Positions 29,009 through 39,338 are shown, counted from the stretch's first letter. The stretch is 64,000 bases of DNA from an uncultured cyanobacterium (GCA_963803805.1 CAWDOD010000003.1:64001-128000), one strand, 5' to 3'. The notes: a model not told the origin generated them from the letters alone. Program-made: numbers and translations.

Positions 29009-29674
29009 TTAGCTTTTTTCAACCTCCAAAACTTCAACTTGAGACGGTTCTTCTACTTGAATTTTCTTCTTCCGATACTCTAACCAAATAGATACACCAA
29101 CAATAATAACTATTACAATTAAGGTTAGAAAACCAAATTTTGTCATCCAATAAATTACTTCTTCTAAAGGAAGAAAGCGACCCAGGAAAAATGATAAACT
29201 AATAGTAACTGTAGCCCAAAGAGTAGCACCTCCTAAGTTACACCACAGAAATTGTTGATAGGGCATATCAGCAATTCCTGCTAAAGGCCCAGCAAAAATT
29301 CTTAATAGAGCAACAAAGCGACCAAAAAAAACTGCCCTTGGGGCATTTTTGCTAAACTGTTCTCTTAACTCTTCTAATTGACTTTGAGGGATTTTAAAGA
29401 AGTTTCCTAACTTAACTAAAAAGTTCCAGCCGCCAATTTTTCCAATCCAATAACCAAAATTATCGCCGAGAACTGCTCCAGCGATCGCGCTTCCCAAAAC
29501 TTGCCAATAACCCAAGTCTCCACTACCTGCCAAAAAACCGCCCACAAGGGTGATGGTTTCTCCAGGTAAGGGGATTCCAGTATTTTCTAGGGCGATACCA
29601 ATAAATACTGCCCAATAGCCATACTGACTAGCGATCTCCTGGATAGTCTCCAGTGGTATAAGCTCAAAAGACAT
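29009..29674 (-). CDS. DedA family membrane protein
   Basis: LENTGIPLPGE, LGDNFGYWIG, GRFVALLR. Confidence 0.93.
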   Translation of the reverse strand: MSFELIPLETIQEIASQYGYWAVFIGIALENTGIPLPGETITLVGGFLAGSGDLGYWQVLGSAIAGAVLGDNFGYWIGKIGGWNFLVKLGNFFKIPQSQLEELREQFSKNAPRAVFFGRFVALLRIFAGPLAGIADMPYQQFLWCNLGGATLWATVTISLSFFLGRFLPLEEVIYWMTKFGFLTLIVIVIIVGVSIWLEYRKKKIQVEEPSQVEVLEVEKS

Positions 29675-29834
29675 CCAGTATCGTCTTCAATATAATTAAG
29701 TTCTCTTCTTGATCTTGGCGCGTTTTAGGGAAAAGTGTCAATGATTCAGTTATCAATGATCATTGTTTGATGTACGGATTGCCGTTGCCATTAGGCATCA
29801 GTTATCAGTTTGAGGTTTGCTGTTGTTGTCAATT

Positions 29835-29870
29835 AGCCACTAGCCACTAGCGATTAGCCATTAGTCATTA
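29835..29870. repeat. STRR-like heptamer tract (TAGCCAC/TAGCCAT); similar tracts at about 15401-15420, 50326-50347 and 55594-55617
   Basis: tagccac tagccac tagcgat tagccat tagtcat. Confidence 0.75.
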
Positions 29871-29871
29871 T

Positions 29872-30129
29872 TTAGGTTGGTACAGCTTCTCCGGGGCGTA
29901 ATTTAAGCCATTTACCGTCTTCTCTAAGGAAACTTTGGCAACCAACTACGTCCCATTCCATTTCTACATAATCTTGGTGAGGACGGATGTTAACATTAAT
30001 AGTTGGTTCCTTTGGCTCAAAGTCAGGTTCTTCAGTAAGGTGAAGTTGTTGGTGTTGAGTTTCTACCGCATGGTATGTTTCACAACGGTCAACAAAGTAG
30101 CAGTTAACACAAATACACATGACAGACAA
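29872..30129 (-). CDS. ycf34: Ycf34 small Fe-S protein (start may be the second Met)
   Basis: MCICVNC..VDRC.TYHAVE.QH, EWDVVGC. Confidence 0.93.
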   Translation of the reverse strand: MSVMCICVNCYFVDRCETYHAVETQHQQLHLTEEPDFEPKEPTINVNIRPHQDYVEMEWDVVGCQSFLREDGKWLKLRPGEAVPT

Positions 30130-30299
30130 AAAATTAGGGCATTTTTATTAATGTAGCTCAGATAAGATGAAGTGTGATGCTAAATTCGGACTTTTGTCAA
30201 CACAGAAGAAGTAGGGGTTGGTTCGATTCAATACTATGGTCATCATCAAAAATACCAATAAACCTGCCCTCAATTGATTGTTTTACTAGCGATTAGCCC

Positions 30300-31490
30300 T
30301 TGACCTTTGAGTTTATAAATTCCTACTGCGATTTAAACCTGTTGCCTCAACCTATTTATTTAGTTGGCGGTGCGGTGCGAGATGCTTTGTTGGGAAGAAA
30401 GAGAGAGTATTTTGACTTAGACTTTGTTGTACCGGAAAATTCCATAGAGACGGCGAAGAAAATAGCTAATTATTACCAAGCTGGGTTTGTGGTATTAGAT
30501 GCCAACAGATGTATTGCCAGAGTGGTTTTGCCTCAAGGAACATTGGATTTTGCTCAACAGGGAGGAGATATTTTAGAAACAGACTTGCGGCGTAGAGATT
30601 TTACCATTAATGCGATCGCCTATAATCCTCAAACAGAAGAATTAATTGATCCCCTACAAGGACAAAAAGATTTAGATCAAGGTTGGCTAAAGATGATTTC
30701 CATTGGCAACCTTGCTGATGATCCTTTACGCCTGCTACGTGCCTATCGTCAAGCTTCCCAGTTGAATTTTACCATTGAACCAGAAACTCGCTCAACTATT
30801 CGTTCCCTCGTACCTAAGTTAGCTGATGTTGCCCCGGAAAGGGTGCAAGCTGAGTTAAATTACTTGTTGAATAGTTCCCAGGCAAGTTATTGGTTAGAAG
30901 CGGCGGCTGAAGATGGTTTGCTTTCTTTTTGGTTAGGAGATATCCATCAGGATAACTTTGCTCGTTTAGAAAGAGTTGATGAAGCAGCCCAGCTATGCCA
31001 AGAATTACCCCAAGCCCAACTCTCCTTAGCTAAGTTAGCTTGTCTGGTTTCTCCTCAACCCCAAAAAGCACAAGCACAGTTGCAACGCCTCAAATATTCC
31101 CGTGATGAGACTAAAACTATTTGTGTAACCATCAAGTATTTGCCTCCCCTACTTACCCTAAAAAGTTCCCCCATGCCTCCTAAAAAGCAGTATTTCTTCT
31201 TTCGTGAAGTAGAAGATGTTTTTCCTACTTTGGTGGTGCTAGCAGTAGCAACAGGGGCAAGTAAAGAGGCGATCGCACCTTTGATTGCTGCTTATCTTAA
31301 TCCAGAAAATCAAGCGGCTCATCCTACCCCTTTAGTCACAGGGACTGATATTATGGAATCGCTTAATCTTGCCCCTAGTCGTCAAATTGGCCAACTTTTA
31401 ACCGCAATTCAAGTTGCGAGGGTAGAAGGTAAGATTAAAACTCAACAAGAAGCTTTACAATTAGCTCTTGCTTTGATAGGCAAAAATTAA
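30300..31490 (+). CDS. class II tRNA nucleotidyltransferase (probably the CC-adding type)
   Basis: YLVGGAVRD, DLD, DLRRRDFTINA, DDPLRLLRAYR. Confidence 0.9.
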   Translation: MTFEFINSYCDLNLLPQPIYLVGGAVRDALLGRKREYFDLDFVVPENSIETAKKIANYYQAGFVVLDANRCIARVVLPQGTLDFAQQGGDILETDLRRRDFTINAIAYNPQTEELIDPLQGQKDLDQGWLKMISIGNLADDPLRLLRAYRQASQLNFTIEPETRSTIRSLVPKLADVAPERVQAELNYLLNSSQASYWLEAAAEDGLLSFWLGDIHQDNFARLERVDEAAQLCQELPQAQLSLAKLACLVSPQPQKAQAQLQRLKYSRDETKTICVTIKYLPPLLTLKSSPMPPKKQYFFFREVEDVFPTLVVLAVATGASKEAIAPLIAAYLNPENQAAHPTPLVTGTDIMESLNLAPSRQIGQLLTAIQVARVEGKIKTQQEALQLALALIGKN

Positions 31491-31499
31491 AGGCTACTA

Positions 31500-31514
31500 T
31501 GAGAATTAATAGCA
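31500..31514. promoter_or_regulatory. Fur-box-like site identical to the one upstream of futA
   Basis: TGAGAATTAATAGCA is the exact reverse complement of 20528-20542. Confidence 0.6.
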
Positions 31515-31540
31515 AGCAGCTTTGAAGTTTATAGCAAGTA

Positions 31541-31849
31541 ATGAAAGTTATCTTTTTAATCGTTATTCTTGTTCTTGCAACTGTCATCTTTATTAATTAT
31601 GTCAATCCATCAACCTCTTCTCAGAATGGAATCCTTAGCAAATTGTCATCTTTCCTTACCAGTTTTAGGGGTAAATTTAGGCGAGTAAAAACTCGTAGCA
31701 AAGCCAGTCCCTTACGTCGAGAATTACTCAAAAGAGTAGATCCTGCTACAGCAGACAGGTTAATTTCTTCAGCTAGAAGAAGAACACCTGGTAAGTCAGA
31801 ACATTGGTATTTGGAAAAAGTACTTTATGATCTGAGGCGAGGAAGGTAA
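31541..31849 (+). CDS. small membrane-anchored basic hypothetical protein, 102 aa
   Basis: N-terminal TM helix; C-terminal D.ATA.RL......PGKSE.WY.EKV.YDL.R segment. Confidence 0.8.
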   Translation: MKVIFLIVILVLATVIFINYVNPSTSSQNGILSKLSSFLTSFRGKFRRVKTRSKASPLRRELLKRVDPATADRLISSARRRTPGKSEHWYLEKVLYDLRRGR

Positions 31850-31895
31850 GCTGTCAGGCATTTAATTTACTTATTAGCCATGCATTTGAGAACCA

Positions 31896-33638
31896 CTATA
31901 TAACTTTTTTCGACTCCACACTCCCTGCTCCCTTTAGTAATTTATAAACATTAGTTTCTTGATTTGTAAAAACTTGTTCAAAAGCTTTATTATTCCCCAG
32001 TTTTTCACTAATTCCAGCTTGTCTTGCTACGACATAAACGTCTTTTATTTTACTCATTTTTCTAAGCTGAGTAATTGTCTCTAAACTAACTTCTGTTTCA
32101 AAAGGAGAATAAATTTGTTTAGCTATACTTTTTCTTTTCTTTAGTAAAGTAGAAGAGTACTTTTGAATAGTAAGTAACTCTTCTACACTCATTCTCCAAC
32201 CATCTTTAAATTTTGGATTCTTTTCTGGTTGAGGATTATCTAAACCAATGTATAGTTGTCTATGACCAAAAACGGGGATAGTTAATTTATCATCTAAGAA
32301 AATAGCATCTTTTTTTGTTTTGTTAGCGATCCAGTCATAAAGAAGATTTTCTTTTTGTTCTTTGTGTAGCAAATACATTCCTTGCTCAATATAAGCCTCG
32401 GAAATTTGCCAGTTGCTAATGTCGAGTTTCCTTAACCAATCGTCGCTGATAGGTAGTAAAAGAACTACTACCAGAAGAAAACAAATCAATCTATTTTCTT
32501 GGTACAAAATCTCCATAGCAACACTAGCTATAATTCCCCAAATCAGACTACTAGCCATCAAATATTTATATTCGTTCCCATGGGGAGGCGTGATGGTTAA
32601 GAAAATGTACATCAAAGCTGTAGCAGCTAATATGGCGATGGCCACAACTATCTTTTTTCTGTGATACCATAAAATTGATCTCGCTTTTGGTTTGCCAAGA
32701 AAAATAATTGTTAATGGCAATAGAGTAAAGCAGTATTTAATGTTTTTGTTGATTAAGCTTTTCCAAGCAAAGGTTAGAGATATTGAGCTACTACTTTTAG
32801 CAGCAGATATGTAGTGAATGTAAGGATATAAAAGTAAGCTTGCTGCTAAAATAATTAAAAAAGTTGTTATAATTTTGTATTTAGATAATTGCCATTCTTG
32901 AACATAAAGGCTACCCCAAACAAAACTGTAACTTACTATTTGTGCTAACCATAGCAAAGGATAGAAAAATCCTGACCCCAAAACAGAAAAAAACAAGAAA
33001 ATATAATTAAGTTTGAGTTGTTTTTGTTGAGAAAAGATTGATATTAAAGCATAAATAAATAAGGCAAAACATAAAATACCTAAAGGCATGGCATTTACGT
33101 TTGTAAATTTAATACCTATAACAGCACGAGGTTCAGAAATAGAAATATGAGTTAAATAACTGAAAAACTCAGTAATGCCTCCTCGACTAAAAAAGGTGAC
33201 TCCAAAGATAGAGAGAAAGACAGCAAATATCGCAGCAATACGGCTCAAAAAAAGAAGATAAGCTGTTTTAAATATTAAAATTATAGTCAATAATAAGCTA
33301 ATAATATTGAGTAAGGCAAAGACGGTAGGAGGAGTTACTTGTAAAACCTGACTGATCACTGCAACTAATAAGTGGACTCCCCAAGGATAAAGTAAATCTT
33401 CTCCTGCTATTAAAGGGTTTTCTGGTGGAAAAATCCCGTTAGCTATTTGGTAAACAAAGCTTGTGTGCATGAAACCATGGGCAGAATAAACGCGGTTGTA
33501 GGGATTAAGCAGATAAATTATAGTTGTTGGTAGTAGCCCAAAGAGTAATAAAAATAAGTTATTAATCTCTATTTTTAGCAACCAAAATAGAGATGCTGTC
33601 AAGGTAATACTAAGGGAAAAACACCACAAAATACCCAT
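31896..33638 (-). CDS. polytopic membrane protein, possible GT-C-fold glycosyltransferase
   Basis: about 12 TM helices; early periplasmic loop PPENPLIAGEDLLYPWGVH; soluble C-terminal domain. Confidence 0.6.
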   Translation of the reverse strand: MGILWCFSLSITLTASLFWLLKIEINNLFLLLFGLLPTTIIYLLNPYNRVYSAHGFMHTSFVYQIANGIFPPENPLIAGEDLLYPWGVHLLVAVISQVLQVTPPTVFALLNIISLLLTIILIFKTAYLLFLSRIAAIFAVFLSIFGVTFFSRGGITEFFSYLTHISISEPRAVIGIKFTNVNAMPLGILCFALFIYALISIFSQQKQLKLNYIFLFFSVLGSGFFYPLLWLAQIVSYSFVWGSLYVQEWQLSKYKIITTFLIILAASLLLYPYIHYISAAKSSSSISLTFAWKSLINKNIKYCFTLLPLTIIFLGKPKARSILWYHRKKIVVAIAILAATALMYIFLTITPPHGNEYKYLMASSLIWGIIASVAMEILYQENRLICFLLVVVLLLPISDDWLRKLDISNWQISEAYIEQGMYLLHKEQKENLLYDWIANKTKKDAIFLDDKLTIPVFGHRQLYIGLDNPQPEKNPKFKDGWRMSVEELLTIQKYSSTLLKKRKSIAKQIYSPFETEVSLETITQLRKMSKIKDVYVVARQAGISEKLGNNKAFEQVFTNQETNVYKLLKGAGSVESKKVI

Positions 33639-33685
33639 GGCTACACTACCCCTGAAATGAAGTAAACAACTATCAATAGTTGGTA

Positions 33686-34630
33686 TTATTCATAAATATC
33701 AAGTAAAAACTTTGGTTTAATAGTCGTAATTACATAACCAGTAAAAATCAATCCTACTGAAGCAAAAATAATAGGTAAAGCAAAGGGAAAATAGAGCAAA
33801 TGTATAGGTTTATGGACAAAAATTTTTCCTACTCGTTGATAGAAAACTTGCCATTTCCCCCTAATTCCTGACATAGGATCATCCTTGGCTAAAGGAATTT
33901 TGCTAGGGGATAATAGACGTTTTTGCCAGTAATAATCGTGACCAATTAAAAGGAAACGCCAGAAAAAGTGAGATAATCCTTCCGGGGGGGCATGGGTAGC
34001 CCTAGCTAGGGGTTGTTGCCAAATGGTATAACCAGAATCAAGTAAATTGTAGGCGTGGATGACGCAATTACCACGATAGAGAGGAAGTTCTGTGGGAATA
34101 GGATTTTGGAGGAGAAATTCTCTACTAAAAGCAACATTATTAAGAAAATATTGCTTAGTTGAGGTTAAGTGTTTTTGTTCAGAATATTGGGGAAAAATAT
34201 AAGTTAGTGCCATGGCTGTACCATAAGCCCCTTTTCCCCTAGTGGTGGTTTCTCCTGCTACTACTTCAAGTTCTTTGTTTTGCTTGAAAGTTATCAGGAT
34301 TTTTTCTAACCAATCCTGTTCATATATGCAATCCGAATCACAATAAATTAAAATCTCTCCTGTAGCTAATTGCGCCCCTAACATTTTTGCTTTATAGTAA
34401 CTAGTTCCTAATGGTACTGACTCGACAGTAATCCAAGGATATTTTTCACAAAGTTGCTTCAATAGTTGGGGTGGAACATCGCCGCTTTCCAGGAGTAAAA
34501 TTTCATTAGCTTCCGTTGGGGAAACACTTTGCTTAACCAAAGAAGCTAAGGATTTATCTAAATCATCAATATCAGCATTAGCTAAGTTTTCTGTTTCCAA
34601 AACCAAAGAAAAACTTGGTAGCTGCTGCAT
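33686..34630 (-). CDS. family 2 (GT-A) glycosyltransferase; likely start is the ATG at 34630
   Basis: SFSLVLET, LASL..Q, ATGEILIYCDSDC (DxD), NNVAF.R; GAGGAG RBS before MQQLPS. Confidence 0.85.
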   Translation of the reverse strand: MQQLPSFSLVLETENLANADIDDLDKSLASLVKQSVSPTEANEILLLESGDVPPQLLKQLCEKYPWITVESVPLGTSYYKAKMLGAQLATGEILIYCDSDCIYEQDWLEKILITFKQNKELEVVAGETTTRGKGAYGTAMALTYIFPQYSEQKHLTSTKQYFLNNVAFSREFLLQNPIPTELPLYRGNCVIHAYNLLDSGYTIWQQPLARATHAPPEGLSHFFWRFLLIGHDYYWQKRLLSPSKIPLAKDDPMSGIRGKWQVFYQRVGKIFVHKPIHLLYFPFALPIIFASVGLIFTGYVITTIKPKFLLDIYE

Positions 34631-36306
34631 TAAGTACTCCTCGAATAATTGAGTAACAAGTAATAGGTAATCGGTAATAAGTAAGTAAGAATAATTTTCA
34701 GTTTTTGAGAGTAAAAAGATGCTGACTCTTGCCCTACAGAACATTCTTTCGCAAATTTGATTAGGTGATGTGCCACTAAACCAATGTGAATTAAAGGTTC
34801 GATTTTACCCTTTTTTAAGGCTGGCCAAGCCATATTCCAAAAGCTTTGGCGATAGTCACCTAATACACCAACCTTAAACAGAATATTGCTAAGCATGGTT
34901 AAACCTTTGCCGATATTCGCCTTAGAAGTACGGGCAGGGCTATTAGGAACTTTAATACGATTAGCATAGGTATGTTGGCATTGGTAGGCAAAGCGTTGAT
35001 ATAAAAATTCTGGTTCGTAAGCTTCTGTAATACAACGTTGCCACATACCTAGTACTTCTTGGTAGGGCATCAAGAATTCAATATTAGACTCCCGTTTCTC
35101 ATCAAATACCAATCTTCCTTCCGCTTCCAATCTTCGCCAAAGAGGAGTTCTCGGTAAAGCGTAGAGTAAGTTGATGGTTAACATGGGAATTTGAGAAAGG
35201 CGAATAAAATCTAGAATCTGATCTGCTGTTTCTGGGGTATCGGTATCAAAGCCAATGATAATTCCTGATACCACTTCCATACCATAACTGTTGAGGATTT
35301 TAATCGCTTCCAAAATTGGCATACTGAGGTTTTGGGTTTTGGCAATGGAATGAAGTGCTTCTGGATTAGGGGTTTCAATGCCGCAAAAGATGGTACAGAA
35401 GTAAGCTTCTCGCATCATCTCTAATAGTTTAGGACTTTGGGCTAAATTTAAGGTCGCCTCACAAGCAAATTGGAGAGGATAGCCGTTGCGTTTTTGCCAG
35501 TCAATGAGGTGAGGAAGAAGTTCTGCAATGGCTCGACGATTACCAACAAAGTTATCATCAACAAAGTAGACTGCCCCTGGATTACCAAACTCTAACATCG
35601 CATCCAATTCAGCTAACAGTTGTTGAGGAGTTTTTAGGCGTGGGTTACGCCCGTAAAGTTCAGGAATATCACAAAACTCACAACGGTAAGGACAACCACT
35701 GGAAAATTGAACGTTGGCTAGGAAGTACTGGTTAAGATTAAGGAGATGGTAAGCGGGAGTGGGGAATTCTTGGAGAGGTAGGCGTTTTTGGGTCGTAAAA
35801 CGAATTTGCTGAGGCGGACGTTGAATATTTTCATCTAAATACCCAAGCATTTGGTCTGTTGCATCCCCTAACTCCCCTAGATGCAAAATATCAAAGTTAG
35901 GGTAGTATTCTGGACAGCCAGAAACTGAAGGGCCACCAAGGATAGTTATTTTTCCGGCTTGGTGGGCGAGGTCATTGATACGATTAATCTGAGGGCGTTG
36001 AATGTGCATTCCGCTGACGATAACCGCATCAGCCCATTGATAATCTTGAGGGGCGGCAGGACAAATGTTCTCATCAATAAAACGGACTTCCCATTCTTGA
36101 GGAAGATAAGCCGCCACCACCAAAATTCCTTGAGGGGGCATAAACGCTTTAACATTCCTTCCCATTAAGGAGTAGGCATGATGAAATGTACCGAAGGAAT
36201 GACTGTAGGGGGGAAAGACACAGAGAATACGCCGCCGATGGCGAGGAATATAGAATTTTCTGATTTGGGAAATTTGTTTAATCTCTTTTTCCCTTACGAT
36301 GGCCAT
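34630..36306 (-). CDS. hpnP: B12-binding radical SAM protein, hopanoid C-2 methylase
   Basis: SFGTF.HAY, AFMPPQG, VSGMHIQ, LH.GELGDATD, CPYRCEFC (CxxxCxxC), DIPELYGRNPRLK, C-terminal ASFYS. Confidence 0.85.
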   Translation of the reverse strand: MAIVREKEIKQISQIRKFYIPRHRRRILCVFPPYSHSFGTFHHAYSLMGRNVKAFMPPQGILVVAAYLPQEWEVRFIDENICPAAPQDYQWADAVIVSGMHIQRPQINRINDLAHQAGKITILGGPSVSGCPEYYPNFDILHLGELGDATDQMLGYLDENIQRPPQQIRFTTQKRLPLQEFPTPAYHLLNLNQYFLANVQFSSGCPYRCEFCDIPELYGRNPRLKTPQQLLAELDAMLEFGNPGAVYFVDDNFVGNRRAIAELLPHLIDWQKRNGYPLQFACEATLNLAQSPKLLEMMREAYFCTIFCGIETPNPEALHSIAKTQNLSMPILEAIKILNSYGMEVVSGIIIGFDTDTPETADQILDFIRLSQIPMLTINLLYALPRTPLWRRLEAEGRLVFDEKRESNIEFLMPYQEVLGMWQRCITEAYEPEFLYQRFAYQCQHTYANRIKVPNSPARTSKANIGKGLTMLSNILFKVGVLGDYRQSFWNMAWPALKKGKIEPLIHIGLVAHHLIKFAKECSVGQESASFYSQKLKIILTYLLPITYYLLLNYSRST

Positions 36307-36386
36307 AAGGAATCCCTTATTTCAAAGATACACCTAAGTTAAAATATACCGTCATATTAGGTCAAAGGGAAATAAGGCCATCAGTC

Positions 36387-37198
36387 ATGAAAAGTAATTA
36401 CCAATTTAACTATTATTTTCAAGGACAACCTGGCCCAATTCCTATTCTTTTTCTCCACGGCTTTATGGGTAATGGTAGGGTTTTTCAACCTGCTATTTCT
36501 CTTCTTGAAGACCAGTCTTTTTGTTTAGCAGTTGACTTACCAGGACATGGAAAAACTAAGGTTTTAGAAAAAGATGAAGGTTATTCTATGGCTAATACAG
36601 CTTTAGGTATCAAGAAGTTATTAAATAAGCTAAATATTAAGCAGGTTTATTTAGTTGGCTATTCGATGGGAGGAAGATTAGCTTTATATACTGGCCCTAA
36701 ACTTTCCTCACTACTTCCCTAAAGTGGTTTTAGAATCTGCTTCTCCTGGTTTAAAATCTTCAGCCCAAAGAGAAGCAAGAATCAAACATGATCGCCAATT
36801 AGCTAAAGAGTTAGTTCAAGGGGATTTTGCCGAATTTGTAACTCGTTGGTATCAAAATCCTTTATTTGATTCTTTAGCTAAACACCCTGACTTCTCGCAA
36901 TTAAGAGCAACAAGATTAAAGAACAATCCCCTTGAATTAGCTAAATCTCTACAATATTTAGGTACAGGAAATCAACCTTCTTTATGCCCAACTTCCTAAT
37001 CACAAAAAGCCTTTACTTTTATTAGTAGGAGAGGGGGATGCCAAATTCCAAAAAATCAATCAACAAATGGCTAATCTCTGCCCCACTGCCCAGCTAGAAA
37101 TAATTCCCAACTGCGGTCACAACATCCACTTCGAGAATCTAGAACTATTTGTTGATCGCATTACAAAGTTTTTGAACCTATATGAAAATGGGGGTTAA
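36387..37198 (+). pseudogene. menH: SHCHC synthase MenH (alpha/beta hydrolase) broken by two frameshifts at about 36690 and 36987
   Basis: pieces read FLHGFMG..DLPGHG..GYSMGGRLALY | LALNFPHYFPKVVLESASPGL..GTGNQPSL | QLPNHKKPLLLLVGEGDAKF..CGHNIHFEN..stop at 37198. Confidence 0.85.
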
Positions 37199-37234
37199 GG
37201 AATGAGGAAAAAACCATTACCGATTACCTAGTTT

Positions 37235-37606
37235 TTACTCCCAAGAGTCCAAATCAAGGGCCTTAGAACCTCCCTTTTCTAGTTGCTGCAAAAGTTTGCC
37301 CAACTGAGTCCAAATTAGCCCGCCGATTAAGACAGTGAAAAAAAGAGAAATGCCATAGGATAGCCAGGCTTCAAATCCAAAAATTTCTACTCCAGCAGCT
37401 AGGAAGATACAAACTCCGGCACAGATACCGAAATAGGGCAAAAATAACTGAAAACCTTGTAAATCCGCTAAAGTATTACTTTGACGATCCTTAGACCAGT
37501 CCTGCACTTTTTCTTTGAGGGTGCTTTCAAAAGCTACGCCGCTAGTCATACCAGCAAATAAACCAAAAACAAGTAAAAAATAGGGTGGTTCAGGGAAAAA
37601 GTACAT
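37235..37606 (-). CDS. conserved cyanobacterial membrane protein, 123 aa
   Basis: FPEPPYFLL..GL.AG.TSG.AFE.TLK; three TM helices; GGSKALDLD. Confidence 0.85.
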   Translation of the reverse strand: MYFFPEPPYFLLVFGLFAGMTSGVAFESTLKEKVQDWSKDRQSNTLADLQGFQLFLPYFGICAGVCIFLAAGVEIFGFEAWLSYGISLFFTVLIGGLIWTQLGKLLQQLEKGGSKALDLDSWE

Positions 37607-37637
37607 AGATTGTTATATTTAATTAGTTTTTTTGGCT

Positions 37638-39338
37638 CTATTTCACCGCTGTAGGGATTAAAGCCGTTACTCTCTCAGCAGAGATATCTCTCAAAGCGCT
37701 GAGAGCAACATTAAATAATTTACCTGGTTTTAGGTCATCTTTAACTAAATTCCATAACCTCTGTACTTCTTCGGTATGGAGTTGGTCATCTTCTACTAAG
37801 GCTAGTATGAGTTGATCCCGTAGGTAACGTCCTTCTTCAGACATGAGGTACTGCAAACCTAGTTGGGCTGTAGGTATTAGATCAAACTTATGATCAGAAC
37901 GGGCGATCACAATCATATTCTCTAAACGTTCCCATTGAAATTTCCCATCTTTGAATAAAACTTCCATTAACCTACGTCTTAACCCTGGAGAATTTCCCGT
38001 TAGTAATTGGCGAGAAATATAGGGATAGGCAACCTCAACAATTTTGAAGTTGGGGTCTAAACTGAGGGCTAAGCCTTCTTGAGTGACTAGGGAACGAATA
38101 ATTAGAGCAAATTTAGCTGGAACTCGGAAAGGATACTCATACATCAACTCGGAAAAGTCATCGGTGATGGTTTTGAAGTTGAAGTTTCCTACACTTTCTC
38201 CCATGGCATTACCCAACACCCTTTCTAAGGCAGGGACAATGGGGATGATATTAACATCAGGAGTTAAGAAGCCTAATTGGATATAATCTTGAGCCAAAGC
38301 ATAGTAGTCTTTGTTAATCAAGTGAACTACCGAAACAGCTAGGGTTTCTTTAGTGATTTCATCTAATTGATCCATCATACCAAAGTCGATGAAAGCCATG
38401 CGCCCATCGTAGGTAGCAAAGAGGTTGCCGGGATGAGGATCAGCATGGAAAAAACCATGTTCCAATAATTGACGCAAGCCAGAAGTTACACCAATTTTAA
38501 TAAAACTTTGGGGATCTAAACCCGCCGCCTCTATTTTGGCAGTATCCGTTAATTTAAAGCCGTCGATCCACTCTAAAGTTAAAACGTGGGTATTTGTATA
38601 ACGCCAGTAAATTGCTGGCACTTTAACATCTGGATCATCAGCAAAGTTAGTAGCAAACTTTTCGGCATTGCGGGCTTCGTTAATATAGTCAATCTCTTCA
38701 AACAGTTTCTTGCCAAACTCATCCACGATTAAGGTAAGATCATGACCTAAATTCAGGGGCAACCAAGGTGCGAACCAACTGGCAGCCCAACGCATGAGGT
38801 AGAGATCAAGGGTTAGAGTGGGTAAAAGATTGGGTCTTTGTACCTTAACAGCAACTTTCTCACCTGTATGTAAAATGCCACAATAAACCTGGGCTAAACT
38901 CGCCGCCGCCACAGGATGAGGAGATATTTCTCGGTAAGCTTCTGCAATACTTCGCCCTAATTCTGATTCTATTTGGGCAAAAGCTATCTCATTAGGAAAA
39001 GGAGGTAATTGATCTTGCAGTTTAATTAATTCTTCTAAAAAATTTTTACGAATTAAGTCTGGTCTTGTAGAGAGTGCCTGACCTACCTTAATAAAAGTTG
39101 GCCCTAAATCCGTGAGAATTTGCCGTAGTTGGATTGACCTTCTAAGCTTGTTTTGTTCTTCAGTGCCAAACCATTTATCCCATTGCAGACCAAAAACAAA
39201 TTGACCAAAAAGCCAGATGATAGTTAAAGTTCGCCAAATAACCAGCCAAGGTCGATAACGATATTTCTGGGCTATTTTCTTAGCATCATAGTGTTGGCGC
39301 TGTTGTTGTTGAGAAGAAACTGTTTGATGTTGACTCAC
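37638..39338 (-). CDS. AarF/ABC1/UbiB atypical kinase
   Basis: LGPTFIKVGQALSTRPD, AAASLAQV, VAVKVQRP, FFHADPHPGN, DFGM. Confidence 0.95.
   Translation of the reverse strand: MSQHQTVSSQQQQRQHYDAKKIAQKYRYRPWLVIWRTLTIIWLFGQFVFGLQWDKWFGTEEQNKLRRSIQLRQILTDLGPTFIKVGQALSTRPDLIRKNFLEELIKLQDQLPPFPNEIAFAQIESELGRSIAEAYREISPHPVAAASLAQVYCGILHTGEKVAVKVQRPNLLPTLTLDLYLMRWAASWFAPWLPLNLGHDLTLIVDEFGKKLFEEIDYINEARNAEKFATNFADDPDVKVPAIYWRYTNTHVLTLEWIDGFKLTDTAKIEAAGLDPQSFIKIGVTSGLRQLLEHGFFHADPHPGNLFATYDGRMAFIDFGMMDQLDEITKETLAVSVVHLINKDYYALAQDYIQLGFLTPDVNIIPIVPALERVLGNAMGESVGNFNFKTITDDFSELMYEYPFRVPAKFALIIRSLVTQEGLALSLDPNFKIVEVAYPYISRQLLTGNSPGLRRRLMEVLFKDGKFQWERLENMIVIARSDHKFDLIPTAQLGLQYLMSEEGRYLRDQLILALVEDDQLHTEEVQRLWNLVKDDLKPGKLFNVALSALRDISAERVTALIPTAVK

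Noticed and set aside
34631-34744. N-terminal 38-aa extension of the GT2 ORF
   Set aside because: Overlaps hpnP and a simple repeat; a GAGGAG RBS supports the ATG at 34630
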